Position numbers and translations under genes: made by a program. The notes under the pieces were generated by a model that saw only the letters and a program-made list of their open reading frames with translations, did no database searches and was not told where the DNA came from. This document shows positions 31,414 through 33,523 of a stretch of 33,523 bases of DNA, one piece after another. Source of the stretch: Nemertoderma westbladi (lineage: Eukaryota; Animalia; Xenacoelomorpha); contig JAUCBJ010006045.1 in NCBI GenBank assembly GCA_032718475.1, forward strand, positions 1 through 33,523. The letters are read 5' to 3'. Within the stretch, counting starts at the first letter, position 1; every line of letters begins with the position of its first letter.

Positions 31414-32467
31414 ATGGCGAATAACTTTGATAATCGGAGGGCGGCCGCTCGTAAACTCATAGAAAACTATTACAATCAGTTAACAAATGGATGCGGCAAC
31501 GGTGCATGCGTCAATGAACATTGCGCCTCTAGCGGGCGTTCTCTACTGAGTCGCGAACAGGCGGCGCTGACTGCCGTCGATTTAGCGAAGAAACGAGTTA
31601 TTCTGTGCCCGTTGGTGGTTCCGGCCAACGTCACGGTTTCCCCGGCTACAGACCCCACGCCCCCGGTCCCGACACATTCGCCCCCATCCTCGTCTACTCC
31701 TAACGCCGTTACCGCAGTCCACAAAGCGACGTCGGAAGAGAAACACATCCTTCCCCTCTCACTAAACTCACTGTTATTAATTCACATTGAGAACAGTAGA
31801 CGCAACCCGAGCAACCCTACCTTAATCACTATAGTAGGTCAGGTATTTTCTAACGTTTCTCTACTTAAGTTATCGTTCTTAGAAACAACTGAAAAGCAAC
31901 CGGACAATGACAATCCCACTGATATGGAGGTAGATGAACCTGAAGAAGACAACTCAGAGTCTCCCAAACACGAGGACTCCACTGACCGACTACTAACCCC
32001 CAATCTCTCTGAAGTTCGCGAGTTTTTCCGGCTTATTTTCTCGCTGAAGGACTCCAGGTTGGAGCGCTCTTTACTTAACGCCTTCTCCGTTCTCGCTGTT
32101 GAACTGGAGCTTGATGTCAAGTACAACCACCGCGTTGTCGATGACCCCCACTTCCTCAACCCCTACCTCATCTTCATGGAGAACCCCCGGATCCAGGATC
32201 CCGAGTATCTCGATCGCGCATTCCCCGCGTTCTGCGTGGCGATTCTCGTTCTTCCCGTTCGCTTACAAGCTAGTCTCGCTCGTCTGTGGTCCCGTTCCGA
32301 TCCCGCTGACTTACAGAATAAGGTTGATGCTCTGCAGCAGTTAATAACCTGCCGGTGTATTTGCGAGAATTATGCAGACGCTTCGGATCGACTAGTAAAT
32401 ACTGACGACATCATTACTGGGGGCGTGCAGGTTCTAAGAATTCTATTCTACGCGTCTATTATTGGAG
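31414..32467 (+). CDS. UBE3A: Ubiquitin-protein ligase E3A (E6-AP), N-terminal coding exon; the gene continues beyond the window
   Basis: AZUL zinc domain RRAAARKLIENYYNQLTNGCGNGACVNEHCAS (compare human [32 protein letters not shown]). Conserved FLNPYLIFMENP, PEYL..AFP.FC, LQQLIT and ILFYASIIGG. Donor G|GTTAGT at 32468. The HECT domain is not in the window. Confidence 0.93.
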
Positions 32468-33523
32468 GTTAGTCACTTTTTTGACACTTTTTGATCGATA
32501 GTTTCTTCCATTTTTGACTAATTAACCAAAAATTGTTGTTCCCTTATTTAGGAGACTTCGTTTTACCAAAAATTATTGACATTTGGTACACAGAATAGGT
32601 GGATAAAAAAAAATTTTCGAAATTTTTAATTTTTTACCTAGAGTAATTATATAACATAATTTATGCACTTATTTTTTAAAATGCAAAGGCTTTTACAGGG
32701 ATGGTCATCAAGTACCAAAAATTTCAATATTTGTGCACATTGATAACGGTGAATCGATCCTATTTCCAGAATGTTGATAAACGTCTTCATGTTACAAAAA
32801 TTATTTAAAAATAACCGATTTTTTGCCGTATTTTTGACAGATTTTGTCATTTTTTTGGCCAAAAATTGACACATTTTGTTAAATATTTCAGCTATAACAA
32901 TGGAAAATTAAAAAAAGCGGTATAGGGCTGTAGGGGTGTATCGGGTGTTAAGCATCACCCAATCATCATTCGTGACCAAATTTCACACGAATTTCGTCAA
33001 TTTTTAGAAAAGCCTATTGCATTTTGAAATTTAAAATTTGCATTCTTCAGAAAACGCATTTTAAAGTTTATGCTTAGGGTAATTCTGTCCCAATGAAATG
33101 TTAGAATGCACACAACCCCGCTGAAAATTTTGTTGCAAGGATTTTCCGGGTCGGTGATTTCATTTCTAAAGTCCGTTTTATTTTATTTTTTTTTATTATT
33201 TCGGAACGGTTGTGTGGCGCGTCCAGCCTATAATTATTATGTTATATCATATTTATATAATAGAAAACCTAATACAATACTGGTATATAACACAAAAATA
33301 GGAAACATATAAAGTAAACTAAGTAAACTAAAGTCTCTTGTTTTTGCATGGTGTACTATTGAGACAGACAAGTGAACTTATAGACTGTCCCAGTAGAGAT
33401 GGTTGTGGAAAAAACACATCAAGACCCATTCTGATATAAAGCCTGAAAAATTGGACGGTGAAATACTTAGCACGCGAGAAAAACGCTACGCCCCACAACA
33501 GTACAGTTTCACACAGGAACCCC

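Noticed and set aside
32468-33523. Further UBE3A exons or a defined transposon in the intron
   Set aside because: No UBE3A-like reading frame was recognised. The A/T-tract-rich sequence looks repeat-derived, but no TIR or TSD could be fixed.

Overview
Eukaryotic genomic DNA, most likely an invertebrate animal (AT-rich, spliceosomal introns, animal-type genes), dominated by transposons. From left to right: (1) an apparently intact CR1/L2-group non-LTR retrotransposon (ORF1, then ORF2 with APE endonuclease, RT and a C-terminal CCHC). ORF2 has no usable AUG before its first catalytic motifs and is joined to ORF1 by a G_GGU_UUU_UAA slippery site plus a downstream hairpin, a candidate programmed -1 frameshift and the most interesting signal here. 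(2) Its 3' tail abuts a 9-bp minisatellite, followed by an orphan intronless C2H2/acidic/coiled-coil ORF. (3) Several MITEs, foldbacks and minisatellites. (4) A two-coding-exon, half-length TXNDC16/ERp90-like PDI-family gene on the minus strand. (5) A decayed BEL/Pao LTR retrotransposon on the minus strand with a very long polyprotein (about 2,700 aa reconstructed), three clear ORF lesions and an upstream region holding a 290-bp duplication with a perfectly conserved, potentially structured 101-bp core. (6) The first large coding exon of UBE3A (E6-AP) on the plus strand. No rRNA, tRNA or CRISPR was recognised. All family assignments come from motif recognition by eye, not database searches.
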